Source: Nitrospirota bacterium
Lineage (GTDB): Bacteria > Nitrospirota > UBA9217
Length of the DNA stretch: 64,000 nucleotides
Direction of reading: 5' to 3'
Assembly (NCBI GenBank): GCA_963741205.1
Contig: CAVUHW010000018.1
Coordinates: 132,184 to 196,183, forward strand
Below are positions 11,221-23,900 of the stretch, one piece after another. The notes beneath the pieces are model-generated. The model was not told the DNA's origin. It saw only the letters and a list, made by a program, of their open reading frames with translations, and searched no databases. The number at the start of each line of letters is the position of its first letter. The first letter of the stretch is position 1. Position numbers and translations under genes: made by a program.

Positions 11221-12357
11221 AGTCTGGTGGTCGTCCTTACCGTGGTAATCCTTTTTCAATAGATCAACGACCGCATCGATCTCCGCCTCCGTCGTCTCCC
11301 TGCCGAGACTGAAGCGAATCGCGCCCCGGGCGAGATTCGGGTCGATGCCCATGGCGGTAAGCACATGCGACGGCTCGACAAGGTCGCCGTGGCAGGCTGC
11401 GCCGGGAGAAACCGCCACGCCGGAGAGCGCCTCCATGACCGAAACGGCGTCATATCCTTCGAAGCTTATGTTCCAGGTGTTCGGGAGCTTCTTTTCGGGA
11501 TGACCGTTGAGATGGACCGTGAGCCCTGCTCTTTTCAATCCGTCATACAGCCTGTTTCCCAGTGTCATCTGACGGCGCCCTTCGGTATCAACAATCGACA
11601 GGGCAACCATGCAGGCGGCCCCCAGGCCGACGATGAACGCGGCGTTCTCCGTTCCCGGCCGCAGGCCCCGCTCGTGCCCCGCCCCGTGCAGAAGCGGCAG
11701 AAGCTTGCGTCCGCTCCTGATGTACAGCGCGCCGATTCCCTTCGGCGCATAGAACTTATGACCGGCAACGGTCAGGAAGTCCACGCCGAGTTCGTCCACA
11801 TTCACGCGCACCTTGCCCACGCTCTGAGCCGCATCGGTATGAAACAGGACGCCCCTGGACGCGGCAATCCTCGCAAGCTCCTTGATTTCCTGGATCGTGC
11901 CGACCTCGTTGTTCGCATGCATGATCGAGACGAGTGCGGTCTCGGGTGTGAGGGCTTTTTCCAGGTCAGCGGGGTCCACCATACCGTACCGGTCAACGCG
12001 CAGATACGTGACGGAGTAGCCGAAGCGCTCCAGATGCCGGCAGGGTTCCAGTATCGCCGGATGCTCGATCCGGGAGGTGATGAAGTGCTTCCCCTTCCCC
12101 GCCGCCTTCGCGATCCCCTTGATCACCATGTTGTTCGATTCCGTGGCGCCGCTCGTAAAGATGATCTCCGAGGCCTCGCAGCCAAGAAGGAGCGCCAGGC
12201 GTTCCCTTGCCTGCTCCATGCCTGCCCGTAAGGCCGTGCCGAAGGCGTGGCTCGATGACGGGTTGCCGAATTTATCCTTTAGATAGGGCAACATCTCTTC
12301 GAACACCCGCGGATCGACGGGCGTGCTTGCATTATAGTCGAGATAGATTGAGTTCAT
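11200..12357 (-). CDS. Cysteine desulfurase (class V PLP aminotransferase)
   Basis: YLDYNASTP, FTSGATESNN, HTDAAQS, GHKFYAPKG, catalytic GAACH. Confidence 0.92.
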   Translation of the reverse strand: MNSIYLDYNASTPVDPRVFEEMLPYLKDKFGNPSSSHAFGTALRAGMEQARERLALLLGCEASEIIFTSGATESNNMVIKGIAKAAGKGKHFITSRIEHPAILEPCRHLERFGYSVTYLRVDRYGMVDPADLEKALTPETALVSIMHANNEVGTIQEIKELARIAASRGVLFHTDAAQSVGKVRVNVDELGVDFLTVAGHKFYAPKGIGALYIRSGRKLLPLLHGAGHERGLRPGTENAAFIVGLGAACMVALSIVDTEGRRQMTLGNRLYDGLKRAGLTVHLNGHPEKKLPNTWNISFEGYDAVSVMEALSGVAVSPGAACHGDLVEPSHVLTAMGIDPNLARGAIRFSLGRETTEAEIDAVVDLLKKDYHGKDDHQTRHSRNV

Positions 12358-12363
12358 GAAATA

Positions 12364-12470
12364 GCCCCCTCACCCCGTCCCTCTCCCACGGTGGGGAGAG
12401 GGGGGCGCTATGCACTTCGCTCACCTTTCCGTAGCCCCTCCCCTGGTGGGAGGGGTTGGGGGAGGGGGAA
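12364..12470. repeat. CCCTCTCCC/GGGAGAGGG palindromic repeat pair
   Basis: CCCTCACCCCGTCCCTCTCCCACGGTGGGGAGAGGG ... CCCCTCCCCTGGTGGGAGGGGTTGGGGGAGGGGG. Confidence 0.7.
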
Positions 12471-12489
12471 AAGGAAGGTACAGAGATTT

Positions 12490-13442
12490 TCAGGCCCCCT
12501 GCCCGCGCGCGAACAACCCCGTGGACAGGTAACGCTCGCCGACATCGGGAAAGACCGTCACGACCCGCCTGCCCTTTCCCAGCCGCGCTGCAACCTGGAG
12601 CGCCGCAAAGCAAGCTGCCCCGGAGGATATTCCGACAAGCAGCCCTTCCTCGCGCGCCAGGCGACGGGCGGTGCCGGCTGCGTCATCGTTCGATACCTGG
12701 ATGACCTCGTGATACACCCCGGTATTCAAAATCGCGGGAAAGAACCCCGCGCCGAGTCCCTGGATGCGGTGAGGCCCGGGCTGGCCCCCGGAAAGCACCG
12801 GAGAGCTTGCGGGTTCCACGGCGACGATCTTGACATTCTTGAATTTCTTTCTGAGGACCTCGCCCACGCCCGTGATCGTCCCGCCGGTGCCGACGCCCGC
12901 GACAAAGGCGTCGATCTTCTTCGCGCCCATCTGCTTGAGGATCTCTTTGGCTGTCGTGCGTCGATGCACCTGGGGGTTCGCGGGGTTGCCGAACTGGTCG
13001 GGCTTGAAATACTTCCTGCCCGACGCGAGAAGCAGCTCGTCGGCCTTTGCGATGGCGCCCTTCATGCCCTTATCCGCCGGAGTAAGCACCAGTTCCGCGC
13101 CGTATGCCTCGAGCAGGTTCCGGCGTTCGAGGCTCATGGACTCCGGCATCGTGAGGATGAGGGAATACCCCTTGATCGCCGCGACCATGGCGAGACCGAT
13201 CCCGGTATTGCCGCTCGTGGGCTCCACGATCGTCATGCCCTTCCTGAGCTTGCCCTTTTTCTCGGCGTCCTCGATCATGGCAAGGGCCGGCCGGTCCTTC
13301 ACGCTGCCGCCGGGGTTGAATCCCTCGAGCTTTGCCCACACCTCGGCGTCGCCCGGCCCGTCAAGCCGCGAAAGTTTCAGCATCGGCGTGTTCCCGATCA
13401 GATCGAGTATGGTCCGTACCTTCTGCCAAGGCTCACTCCCAT
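12490..13442 (-). CDS. cysK: Cysteine synthase A
   Basis: [39 protein letters not shown]; start frameshifted. Confidence 0.92.
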
Positions 13443-13493
13443 CGTCGCTCGTTCACCTTCCGCACTCCGCACTTACCAACCGCTTTCCGCACT

Positions 13494-14531
13494 TCATTGC
13501 AGGATGTCCTCGACTGCAAGAATGGCCCCGCCCGGCCTGCCGTAGAAGTCGACCGGGGCCTTGCCGTTCACCGCAAGCCGGACGTCCTCCACCATTTGTC
13601 CCAGGTTCATCTCAACCACCAGGAACCGGCCGGCGTTCTCGGCGATCCTCGATATGATCTTTTCCGGAAACGGGAAGAGCGTGATCGGCCGGACGAGCCC
13701 CGCCTTGATCCCTTCCGCCCTCGCAAGGTTCACGGCGGTCTTTGCGATTCGCGCCGCAGTGCCGAATGCCGCCAGGACGATGTCGGCGTCATCGGTCAGC
13801 ATGGTTTCGCACAACACCTCGTGTTCCGCCATGCGGTCGTACTTGGCCTTTAATACATAGTTATGGCGCTCGAGCATCCCTTCCTCTCCCGGCGACGCGA
13901 ACAGGGACCGGATGACCTTGCCCGGTTTGCCCGCGGGAGCGCCTGTCAGGGCCCAGGGCTTCTCGACCCGTTCCGGTTTGATGTCCGGCAGTTCCACGGG
14001 CTCCATCATCTGCCCCAGCACCGCGTCCCCCAGGATCATCACCGGATTGCGGTATTCATCGGCCTTTTCGAAGGCCCTCACGGTCAGGTCGACGACCTCC
14101 TGGATCGTGGACGGCGCGTACACGAGAAGCTTGTAATCGCCGTGCCCCCCGCCTTTGACGGCCTGGAAATAATCCGCCTGTGACGGAGCGATGTTCCCCA
14201 GGCCCGGCCCCCCGCGCTGCATGTTCACGATCACCGCGGGCAGCTCCGACGCGGCCATGAACGAGAGCGCCTCCTGCATGAGGCTGATGCCCGGGCTCGA
14301 TGACGAGGTCATGGCCCTCTCGCCGACCGCCGCCGCGCCGTAGACCATGTTGATGGCCGCGATCTCGCTTTCAGCCTGGATGAAGGTCCCGCCGATTTCC
14401 GGCAGGCGGCGGGACATGTACTCCGGGATTTCGTTCTGCGGCGTGATGGGATAGCCGAAGTAGCGCTTGCAGCCGGCCCTGACCGCGGCCTCGGCGAGGG
14501 CTTCATTGCCGCTTATGAGAACTTTAGCCAT
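13494..14531 (-). CDS. vorB: 2-oxoacid:ferredoxin oxidoreductase alpha subunit (3-methyl-2-oxobutanoate dehydrogenase VorB-like)
   Basis: GNEALAEAA, GYPITPQ, QAESE, TSSSSPG, RGGPGLG, EMNLGQM. Confidence 0.88.
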   Translation of the reverse strand: MAKVLISGNEALAEAAVRAGCKRYFGYPITPQNEIPEYMSRRLPEIGGTFIQAESEIAAINMVYGAAAVGERAMTSSSSPGISLMQEALSFMAASELPAVIVNMQRGGPGLGNIAPSQADYFQAVKGGGHGDYKLLVYAPSTIQEVVDLTVRAFEKADEYRNPVMILGDAVLGQMMEPVELPDIKPERVEKPWALTGAPAGKPGKVIRSLFASPGEEGMLERHNYVLKAKYDRMAEHEVLCETMLTDDADIVLAAFGTAARIAKTAVNLARAEGIKAGLVRPITLFPFPEKIISRIAENAGRFLVVEMNLGQMVEDVRLAVNGKAPVDFYGRPGGAILAVEDILQ

Positions 14532-14675
14532 AGCCGTTCCTTTTCGTTTCCGGATGTAAGTTGCGAGTTACGATTCAACGGGTTGCGGGCTTACACCCAG
14601 CGGTGATGAGTGCTCGCGCGAATGCAGGGTGTTTAAACACGCAACGCGCAACGAGCCTTTATGCATCATGCGTCC

Positions 14676-14882
14676 CTACCGCCACACTTCAATCGCGACA
14701 TCGGGGCACATCTCGGCGCACAATGCACAGCCGGTGCATGCCCCTTCTTCGCCTCGATACTCCACGGTATAGTACCCGCTCTTGCTGAACTGCGTGCCGA
14801 CTTTCAGGAGTTTCTTCGCGCACGCCGCGATGCAGAGCTCGCAGCCCTTGCAATATTCTATGTTGATGACGACCTTGCCCAT
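14676..14882 (-). CDS. 2x[4Fe-4S] ferredoxin (oxidoreductase delta subunit)
   Basis: CKGCELCIAAC and CTGCALCAEMCP, upstream of vorB. Confidence 0.9.
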   Translation of the reverse strand: MGKVVINIEYCKGCELCIAACAKKLLKVGTQFSKSGYYTVEYRGEEGACTGCALCAEMCPDVAIEVWR

Positions 14883-14977
14883 AAGGATATTCTCCGGTAA
14901 AAATAAGTTCAAAGTTCAGAGTATATAATCGTCTGCAGCTCTTTCCTTGCACGTTGAACTATGAACTCAAAACTGCT

Positions 14978-16681
14978 TCACCCGTTGCCCCGCGCGATCA
15001 TCTCCTCGGCGTGCCTGATCGTCGCATCGGTAATAATTTTTCCGCCGAGCATGCGCGCAATTTCGTCGACGCGCTCCCGTTCATCGAGCAGGCGCACCTC
15101 GGTGCTCGTCCGGTCTTTCTTCACGGACTTGGATACGCCGTAATGGCTGTCGGCCATGCAGGCGATCTGCGGCAGATGAGTGATGCAGAACACCTGTCGC
15201 TTCGCCGCCACGCGCTTGAGCTTTTTGCCGACCTCTTCGGCGACGGCGCCGCCGATACCCGCGTCCACCTCGTCGAAGACGACGGTGGGGATGCCGTCGC
15301 CCTCGACCAGGATGGTCTTCAAGGCCAGCATGATGCGCGACAGTTCGCCGCCCGAGGCGATCTTCGCGAGCGATTTCGGCTCCTCGCCGGGGTTCGGCGA
15401 AATGAGGAACTCCACGCGGTCCGCGCCGCGCGGTCCGAGCTTCAGGCCGTCCAGGGTGTCGCCGCCCGGCTCCTGCGCGATCGTCACGGAGAAGACGGTT
15501 TTTTTCATGCCCAGATGGCCGAGCTCCGCCTCCGTCTTTTTTTCAAGGCCCCGCGCCGCCGCCCCGCGCTTCTTCGTGAGTTCGCTCGCCTTATCGGTCA
15601 GCCCGAACTTGATCGCCTGGATTTTCGATTTCAGCTTCTCGATCTCCTCGGTGCTCCGCTCCATCCGCTCGAGTTCAGACGCCGCCTTCGCGCCGAATGC
15701 CGATGATTTCCTCGATGGTGCGTCCCGTACTTCCGCTTCAGTTTCTGGATCATGTCCAGACGGTCGCCGATCTGCTCCAACCGGGCGGGGTCGAACTCCA
15801 GTCCTTCGCGGTAGGAGGATATTTCACGCGCGGCCTCCTCGATCTGCGCGCTGCCCGACTGGCAGAGCTCCAGCGCCCCGGCAAGCCGGCTGTCGAGCTC
15901 GACCACGTCCGCAAGCCCGTCGATGGCCTTTTTCAGGCCGGCCAGCGCGGAGCCGTCGGCCGAATACAAGGCCTCGTCGACCATGGCGGCGAGACCTGCG
16001 AGTTTCTCCGAGTTGGCCAGGACCTTTTGTTCCGCGGCGAGTTCGGCGTCCTCTCCCCGCTTTGAGCATGGCGGCTTCGATCTCGTTCTTCTGGAAGCGG
16101 AGCATGTCCTCACGCTGCGCCCGGTCGCGTTCGCCCGCTTCGAGCTCCGCCAGCTCCTTCCGCACGTCCATCAGACTGCGGTATTTTGCCGTAACTTCGT
16201 CCCGGAGGCCCTCAAGCCCCCCGAAGGAATCGAGCATCTCCATCTGGTGTTCGAGCGACAGGAGCGACTGGTGCTCGTGCTGGCCGTGGATGTCCGCAAG
16301 GCCCGCGCCGAGCGCCGCAAGGGTATTGAGGTTCGCCAGACTGCCGTTGATGTAGACTTTGTTCTTCCCGGACGCCGAAAGCACCCTGCGCACGATCAGG
16401 TCCTCGCCGTCAGTCACTTCGATCCCCTGCCCGCCCAGGAGGGCGGCCGCATCCTTCATGCCGCGTCCCTCCAGTTCGAAGGCAGCCTCCACCACGGCCT
16501 CATCGGAGCCGGTGCGGATAAGTTCCGCGCTGGCGCGTTCGCCCAGTGCCAGGTTCAAGGCATCGACCACGATGGACTTTCCCGCGCCGGTCTCGCCGGT
16601 GAACACGTTCAGCCCCGGCGTGAACTCCACCCGGAGCTGGTCAATGATGGCAAAGTTTTTGATGTTCAGTTCTTTTAGCAT
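14978..16681 (-). CDS. recN: DNA repair protein RecN (two frameshifts)
   Basis: TGETGAGKS, IHGQHEHQ, ASGGELSR, FDEVDAG, ITHLPQ. Confidence 0.95.
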
Positions 16682-16704
16682 AGGAAAAACAAATTCTAAT
16701 AGTA

Positions 16705-17373
16705 TCAGAGGATTGCAGCGAACGCGGGAATCCATTCGAAGTTTATCGATAAGGGCCAATGGATACCTGCTTTCGCAGGTTGACACACGGAACTATTTGG
16801 AATTTGGTGCTTGTGCTTTTGCTTCACCGCTTCCGCCTTCTTCATGGCAAAACGCTCCTGTGTCGATTTTCCCTTTCCACCGGCCTTCCGGTAATACTCC
16901 GCGGCCTGTTCCTTCATGCCCATGCGCTCGCTGGCGCGGCCTGCCCAATAGTAGGCGGTGCCTACCCACATGCCGGAATCCGGATAGAGTTCCGGGATCT
17001 TCAGGAATTCTGCCGCGGCCTCCCTGTCATTGCCGAGCAGAAAGGAGCAGAACCCTATCCAGTACTGGGTTGCAGGACGTTGAGACGGCTTCTGGATCTG
17101 CAGGGCGCGCCGGTATGCCTGAAGCGCGTTCGGGTAATCACCAAGCCGGAAGTAGCAATCGCCGATACGGGAATGAACATTGCCTGCCGCTTCAGGCTCG
17201 GATGGTTTAGAGAGGAGGTCTTGATAAAGCCGGAGGGCATCGGAGTATTTACCCGAGGAAAACATCCGGTCAGCCTTGAGGAAATCAGGAGAGGAAGACT
17301 GGCTGGTAGTCGCGTTTGATATGCCCGCGGATATGAACAGAAAAAGGAGTGACGGAAGCAAAACTTTTTTCAT
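16705..17373 (-). CDS. Secreted TPR protein (YbgF/BamD-like); true stop may be near 16800
   Basis: Signal peptide MKKVLLPSLLFLF and tandem TPRs; the C-terminus reads through a REP. Confidence 0.8.
   Translation of the reverse strand: MKKVLLPSLLFLFISAGISNATTSQSSSPDFLKADRMFSSGKYSDALRLYQDLLSKPSEPEAAGNVHSRIGDCYFRLGDYPNALQAYRRALQIQKPSQRPATQYWIGFCSFLLGNDREAAAEFLKIPELYPDSGMWVGTAYYWAGRASERMGMKEQAAEYYRKAGGKGKSTQERFAMKKAEAVKQKHKHQIPNSSVCQPAKAGIHWPLSINFEWIPAFAAIL
16711..16785. repeat. REP doublet
   Basis: GCGAACGCGGGAATCCA ... TGGATACCTGCTTTCGCAGGTTGACA. Confidence 0.7.
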
Positions 17374-17662
17374 ACCATGACCCCCTCGGACCGTGTCAAA
17401 TTTAACACAAAGCCGACACCTGTACAAGAGCAAAATCTTATTACTATTCTTTTCATGCGGCAACCTTACTATTTAACAAGTTCTCGACTGCTCGCAAATG
17501 GGGACGTAGCTGATATACAATTTTGTCGAACCTGTGCAACTAAATGAAATCAATTCGTTAGCCGAAAATTACTACCCTCGGCCTCGACAATTTTTTCCTA
17601 GCATTATGCCCTCCGTTTTAACCTAAGCCATAATAACTCAAATAAACAATGCATTACATAAT

Positions 17663-17678
17663 TGGCACAGATGTTGAA
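17663..17678 (+). promoter_or_regulatory. Candidate sigma54 (-24/-12) promoter
   Basis: TGGCAC-AGATG-TTGAA (one mismatch at -12), AT-rich upstream region, ahead of the rhodanese-RND operon. Confidence 0.5.
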
Positions 17679-17888
17679 ATAGAATGTAGCAAAGCTGGAA
17701 CAATGGGCACTGTCATCCCCCTCCCCTCCTCGCTTTCATAGGAGGAAATCCCCTTGGCGATGCCCGTTGTTCCAGCTTCTTCAAAAAGATCATTCCCAAG
17801 GATTCAATCGGAGATCTGGCTTCTCACTGCGTTATGCAAACCATTTCCCGATAGAATGACTCGGGACGACAAGAAACGGAGACACAAA

Positions 17889-18224
17889 ATGTTTTTCAGC
17901 ATGAATCGATGCAAAAATATCGGACCGCAGGAACTGAACGAAAAAATGCAATCCAGCGAGGATTTTTTTCTTCTCGATGTGCGCACGCCGCAGGAAAACG
18001 CTGCTCAGGCGATCGAAGGATCTTACCTGATCCCTCTGCAGGAACTGGGGTTCAGGATGAGCGAACTTCCGAAAAACAAGGAAATCGTCGTGTATTGCAG
18101 GGTCGGAAACCGGAGCGCCTATGCTTGTTCCCATCTGTCGCGTCTGGGATACCAGGTCAAAAATCTTGAAGGCGGTATCGTGTCATGGAACATGGCTGGA
18201 AATGCCTCATTGGCCAAGGCTTAG
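17889..18224 (+). CDS. Single-domain rhodanese
   Basis: LLDVRTPQE, VVYCRVGNRS, NLEGGI. Confidence 0.9.
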   Translation: MFFSMNRCKNIGPQELNEKMQSSEDFFLLDVRTPQENAAQAIEGSYLIPLQELGFRMSELPKNKEIVVYCRVGNRSAYACSHLSRLGYQVKNLEGGIVSWNMAGNASLAKA

Positions 18225-18239
18225 AAGAAATGACGAAGC

Positions 18240-19593
18240 ATGAAGCAGGACGTGCGCGATCGCGAGGTTCGCTTTCATCATCGCCCTGCTCCTGCTGCTC
18301 ACGCTCGCCGTGGCGTCTTACAGCTACGCCGCGGAGGCCCTCACGCTGGAGCAGGCCGTCGGCAAGGCCCTTGACAACAACCCGGCGCTCAAGGCCGCCG
18401 GAGGCGCAGGTCGAGGTAGCCGACGCCGGCGTGCTCAGGTCGACATCGGGCTTTCTGCCCAGGGTCACGCTGTCGGAGACCTGGAGCAGGACCGACAGCC
18501 CTCTCATGGCGCTCGGCACGAAACTGAACCAGGAGATCGTCACCCCGGCGGACTTTGATCCCTCGGTCATGAACAATCCCGAGGCGATCTCGAACTACAA
18601 CACGAGGCTCGCCGTCATGCAGCCCGTCTTCAGCGGCGGCAAGGAATACATCGGCAGGAAACAGGCCAGGCTCGCGAAGGAAGCCTCGATCCAGGACCGC
18701 GAGCGGGCGCGGCAGGAGACGGTGTACGGCGTGGTGAAGGCCTACTACGGCCTGCTGCTCGCCAGGGAATACCACAAGGTCGCGCTCCAGTCCCTCGAAA
18801 CGAGCGAGGCGAACGTGAAGCTCGCCGAGGCGCGGTACAAGGCGGGTGCGGTGCTCCAGTCGGACCTCCTCGGGGCCAAGGTGCAGTTGGCCGAGGTGAA
18901 GGAAATGCTGACCCGCTCCGAGAACGGCGTGAGGCTCGCCGCAGCCGCGCTCAATTTCGCCATGGGCGTCCCGCAGGGCGCGGAGTATGACGTCTCCGGC
19001 GCGCTCCAGGCCCAGGACATCAAAGCCGAAGTAGACGCCCTGATGGACGAGGCCGAGAAGAAACGTCCCGACCTCATGTCCATGGAGCTGAACCGGGCGA
19101 ACGCCGAACAGTCGGTTGACCATGGCGCGGGCCGATTACCTCCCGAGCCTGTACCGTCATGGGCCAGGCGGACTGGAACAGCGACCGGCTCGCCGGAGAT
19201 GACGCAAAGAGCTGGGCGGTCATGGCAGTGCTCCAGTGGAACCTCTTCGACGGGCTCGTGACCCGATCGAAGGTCAAGGAAGCGCTCGCAACGAGCAGCA
19301 GGATGAAATCCCTGGAGGAACAGACCAGGTCGGCGGTCCGGCTCCAGGTCCGGCAGGCATACTACAACCTGACTGCGTCGCTCGACCGGATCGCGGCATC
19401 GGCATCGTCGGTCCAGGAGGCCGAGGAAGGCTTACGGATCGTCCAGAAGCGGTACGAGACGGGCATGACGACCTTCGTCGACGTGCTCGGCGCCGAGAAC
19501 TCGCTGATCCGCGCGCGGACGAACTCGCTCCAGGCCGTCTACGACAACAACCTCGCCCTGGCGGAGTTGAAACTGGCGATGGGAACGCTGTAA
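18240..19593 (+). CDS. TolC-family outer membrane efflux protein (frameshifted)
   Basis: LTLEQAVGKALDNNP, VVKAYYGLL, AEARYKAG, RYETGMTTFVDVL. Confidence 0.88.
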
Positions 19594-19653
19594 ATGCGGA
19601 TTGCGGAGTTCAGAGATACAGGAAGTTCAAAGATCAAAAGCAGAGGAGACATC

Positions 19654-20780
19654 ATGAACATAAAAATCATATCAAAGACAAGATCAAGATCACATGGATA
19701 AGAAAATCGATCTATGGCGCTTCAGTGATCGCCGTGCTGTCTCGGTGCTTGGCATCGGGCTATGCCTTCTTCGGCAAGGAGAACAGCTACGCGAACGTTC
19801 CGAAGGCCGAAGAGCCGGTCAGCGTGACGACCATGACCGTCGAGCCGAAGACCATCGATGCGGTGGTGTCCGCTGCCGGCGCGCTCAATTCCAGGAACAC
19901 CTCGGTGCTTTCGAGCAAGGTCATGGGCAAAGTGATTGAACTGACGGTCAACGAAGGCGATTACGTGACCCGGGCAAGCTGCTCATGAAGATCGAAAGCG
20001 GCGAGATCAGCGCCCAGGCCTACCAGGCCCAGGCCGCGTACAACAACGCGAAGCTCCAGTATCGACCGGATCAGGAGCCTCTTCGACGAGAACGCGGCCA
20101 CGCAGATGGAGATGGACCAGGCGACGCTCGGGTTCGAATCCGCCAAGGCCGGCCTGAACGCGGCAAAGGCCATGGAGAGCTACACGATCATCACCGCGCC
20201 GATCGCGGGCCGGATCGTGGAGAAGCGGATCAATCTCGGCGAGATGGCGCTCCCGGGCCAGCCGATCCTGAAGATCGAAGACAACAGGAACCTCAGGCTC
20301 GAAGTGACGGTGAAGGAACAGGACATCCGTTTCGTGCAGACCGGCAAGCCGTGATCGTCCGGATCGACGCCGTGCCCGGCAGGGAGATCAAGGCGCGGGT
20401 GGCGCAGGTGGTCCCGGCCGCGGACGTCCGGACCCACTCCTTCGTCGTGAAGATCGACATCCCGGCTGACAAGGGCCTCATCACCGGCATGTACGGCAAG
20501 GCCTTCTTCAGCACCGGCAAGCGGAGGCCATCCTGGTGCCCGCGCTCGGCCATCGTCGAGATGTCCGGGCGTCACGGGCGTGTACCTCGTGTCGCGCGAA
20601 GGGAACGCCGTGTTCCAGATGATCCAGCCCGGCGAAACACAGGGCGACATGGTCGAGGCGGTGACGGGACTCAAGGCGGGCGACCAGGTGATCGTGAGCA
20701 GGCACGACCGCCAGGCAGTCGACGGGACAGAAAAGTCGATGTGTCTGCAGCGAGAAGTGAAGCATGGGATCATAAATGAC
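19654..20780 (+). CDS. RND periplasmic adaptor subunit (frameshifted)
   Basis: SSKVMGKVIELTVNEGD, ITAPIAGRIV, RTHSFVVKI, GLKAGDQV. Confidence 0.85.
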
Positions 20781-20940
20781 GCATTAAGACCTAAGCCATC
20801 GTGAAGCAGGACTTGAACGCGATGAAGTAGAATCTGGATTGAACTAAAACGAATGAATAGTTTATGCTCTGCGCATTCTTATCTGCGATTCACTCTGCGT
20901 CAATCTTTGCGTCCGATAATCGTTTAATAAGGGTCTAATC

Positions 20941-23900
20941 ATGAAACTCAACATCAGCGGCAAGATAACCCAGTACTTCATCAACTCCCAGCTCACGGTG
21001 CTCCTGATGGCGGCAACGGCGGTCCTCGGGCTCTTTGCCCTCTGGTTCACCCCGCGCGAGGAGAACCCCCAGATCGTGGTGCCCGCGGCGAACGTGATGG
21101 TGATGATGCCCGGCGCCTCGGCAAAGGAAGTCGAAGAGCTGGTGTCCAAGAAGCTCGAAGCCAAGCTCTGGGAGATCCCGGGCGTGGAGGACGTGTACTC
21201 GGTCTCGATGAACTCGATGTCCGTGGTGACCGTGAAGTTCTTCGTGGGCCAGGACAAGGAGCGTTCGCTCGTGAAGCTCTACGACAAGCTCATGTCCAAC
21301 ATGGACTTTGCGCCCCCCGGCGCGTCCCAGCCGCTCGTGAAGCCCATCGACGTGGACGACGTGCCGATCGTGGCGATCACGCTGTCGGCCGCCCCGGGAG
21401 CGAACTACGACGACGCCCAGCTCCGGCTCGTGGCGGACCACGTGCTCGACGAGCTCAGGAAGGTCCCGGGCGTGGGCAATACCGCCGTGATCGGCGGCCG
21501 GGGCCGCCAGGTGCGCGTGACCCTCGACCCGCTCCGGATCGCCGGGCTACGGCCTCTCCCCGCTCCAGATCGCCGGCGCCATCAACGTGTCGAACGCGAA
21601 CCTCCTGTCACGGGCGACCTCGAACAGGGCAGCAGAAAGCTTGCCCTCGAGACCGGCGGGTTCTTCGAAAAATCCGGCGACGTGAGGAACGCCGTCGTCG
21701 GCGTCGCGAACAGCAAGCCGGTTTACCTGGGCGACGTGGCCGACGTGAACGACGGTTCGAGGAGACCGTGAAGCTGACGCGCATCGCCTTCGCAGACGGC
21801 CACGAGAACAGCATGGGCGCTAGACGACGGACCATGCCGCCGGGGAACAGCCTGCCGTGACCGTGGCCCTGGCCAAGCGGCAGAAGCTGAACGCCGTCAA
21901 GATATCGAACGAGATCCTCGCGAAGCTCGACGAGTTGAAGAAGACCAGATCCCGCCGGGCGATCATGTGACGGTCACGCGGAACGACGGCAAGACCGCGA
22001 ACGACGCGGTGAACGAGCTCGTGTTCCACCTCGTGGTCTCGATCGTCGTGGTCATCGTCCTGCTTTTCTTCACCCTCGGCTGGCGCGAGGCGGCCATCGT
22101 GGCCCTGGCCATCCCGCTCACGCTCTTCATCACCCTTGCCGTCGGCATGGTGGCGGGCCAGACCATCAACCGGATCACGCTCTTTGCCCTGATCCTCTCA
22201 CTGGGCCTTCTCGTGGACGACGCGATCGTGGTGGTCGAGAACATCCACCGCCATTACAAGCTGCAGCAGCATTCGCGGCTCCAGGGCGCGATCATGGCGG
22301 TGAACGAGATCGGCATGCCCACGATCCTGGCGACCTTGACCGTGGTGCTCGCCTTCATCCCCATGGCCTTCGTGACCGGGATGATGGGGCCCTACATGAT
22401 GCCGATACCCTTCAACGTGCCCGTGGCGATGATCACCTCGCTCTTCGTCGCCTTTATCGTGACGCCCTGGGCGAGCTACCGGCTGATGAAGACGGACCAT
22501 CACGGCGCAAACAGCCGCCCGCTTGAGGAAACGAGGATCTACCGGAGCTATACAGAAGTCCTCGCGCCGCTGCTCTGCAGAACGCGGCGGACCGCAGGGT
22601 GTTCCTCGGCATCATCGCTGGCGGTGTTCCTCGTCACCATGAGCTTCCCGCTGTTCCAGTGGGTAAAGTTCCGCATGCTGCCCAAGGCGAACAAGAACAC
22701 CTTTCTCGTGTCCATCGACATGCCCGCCGGCACGGTGATCGAGAACACGGACCGCGTGGCCCGCGCCGTGGGCGATTATATCCGGCGCATCCCCGAGGTG
22801 AAGGACTACGAGACCTTCGTGGGCACCGGGTCGGTCATGGACTTCAACGGCCTTCTCCGGGGCGGCGCGTTCCGGGAAGCGAGCCACTTCGCCGACGTCC
22901 GGGTGAACCTGATCGACAAGGAAGAACGCGAGGCTCTCGAGCGAGAAGATCGTGCTCAAGATCAGGCCCGACATCGACAAGACTCGCGCAGGAGTACGGC
23001 GCGAACATCAAGCTCGTCGAAGACCCGCCCGGACCGCCGGTCCGCGCCACGGTCGTCGCCGAGATCTACGGCCCGGACTACGACAAACAGCGGGAGATCG
23101 CCGCGGACATCAAGGACGCTCTTCGCAAAGACCGACCAGGTCGTGGACATCGACGACAGCGTGAAGGAAAAGCAGGACAAGTACCGGCTGATCGTGGACA
23201 AGGAAAAGGCCGCGCTCATGGGCATCTCCACGGAGCAGATCGTCCAGACCCTCGGCTGTCCGTCGGCGGCATGGCGATCTCGACCCTGCACGTGCCCGAG
23301 GCCAAGAACCCCGTTGCGATCATGCTGCGGCTGCCAAAGGGCGACCGCAGCGGCCTTTCGGACATGGACAAGGTCTTCCTCACCGGGCCCGCAGGGCAGC
23401 CAGGTGCCGCTCTCTTCGCTCGTCACGATCGTGCCGGCGGAGATGGACAAGGCCATCTATCACAAGAACCTCGAGCCCGTGACCTATGTGTACGGCGAGA
23501 TGGGAGACGGGAGCCAGGTCTACGCCGTCATCGACATGATGCAGGATCTCTGGAAGCATCCGCTGCCTGAGGGATATTCGATCAAGTGGGACGGCGAGAT
23601 GAAGCTGACCCTCGACGTGTTCCGCGACCTCGGCGCCGCCATGGGCGTGGCCCTGATCGCCATCTACCTCCTGCTGGTGGGCAGGTTCCGGTCCTTCACC
23701 ATCCCGCTCGTCATCATGGCGTCGATCCCGCTCTCGATGATCGGCATCATGCCCGGCTTCGCCATGACCGGCGTGTACTTCAGCGCGACCTCGATGATCG
23801 GCGTGATCGCCCTTGCCGGCATCGTGGTCAGGAACTCGATCGTGCTCCTGGAATTCATCCTGGACAAGAAACAGGAGGGCATGCCGCTCGAGCAGGCGCT

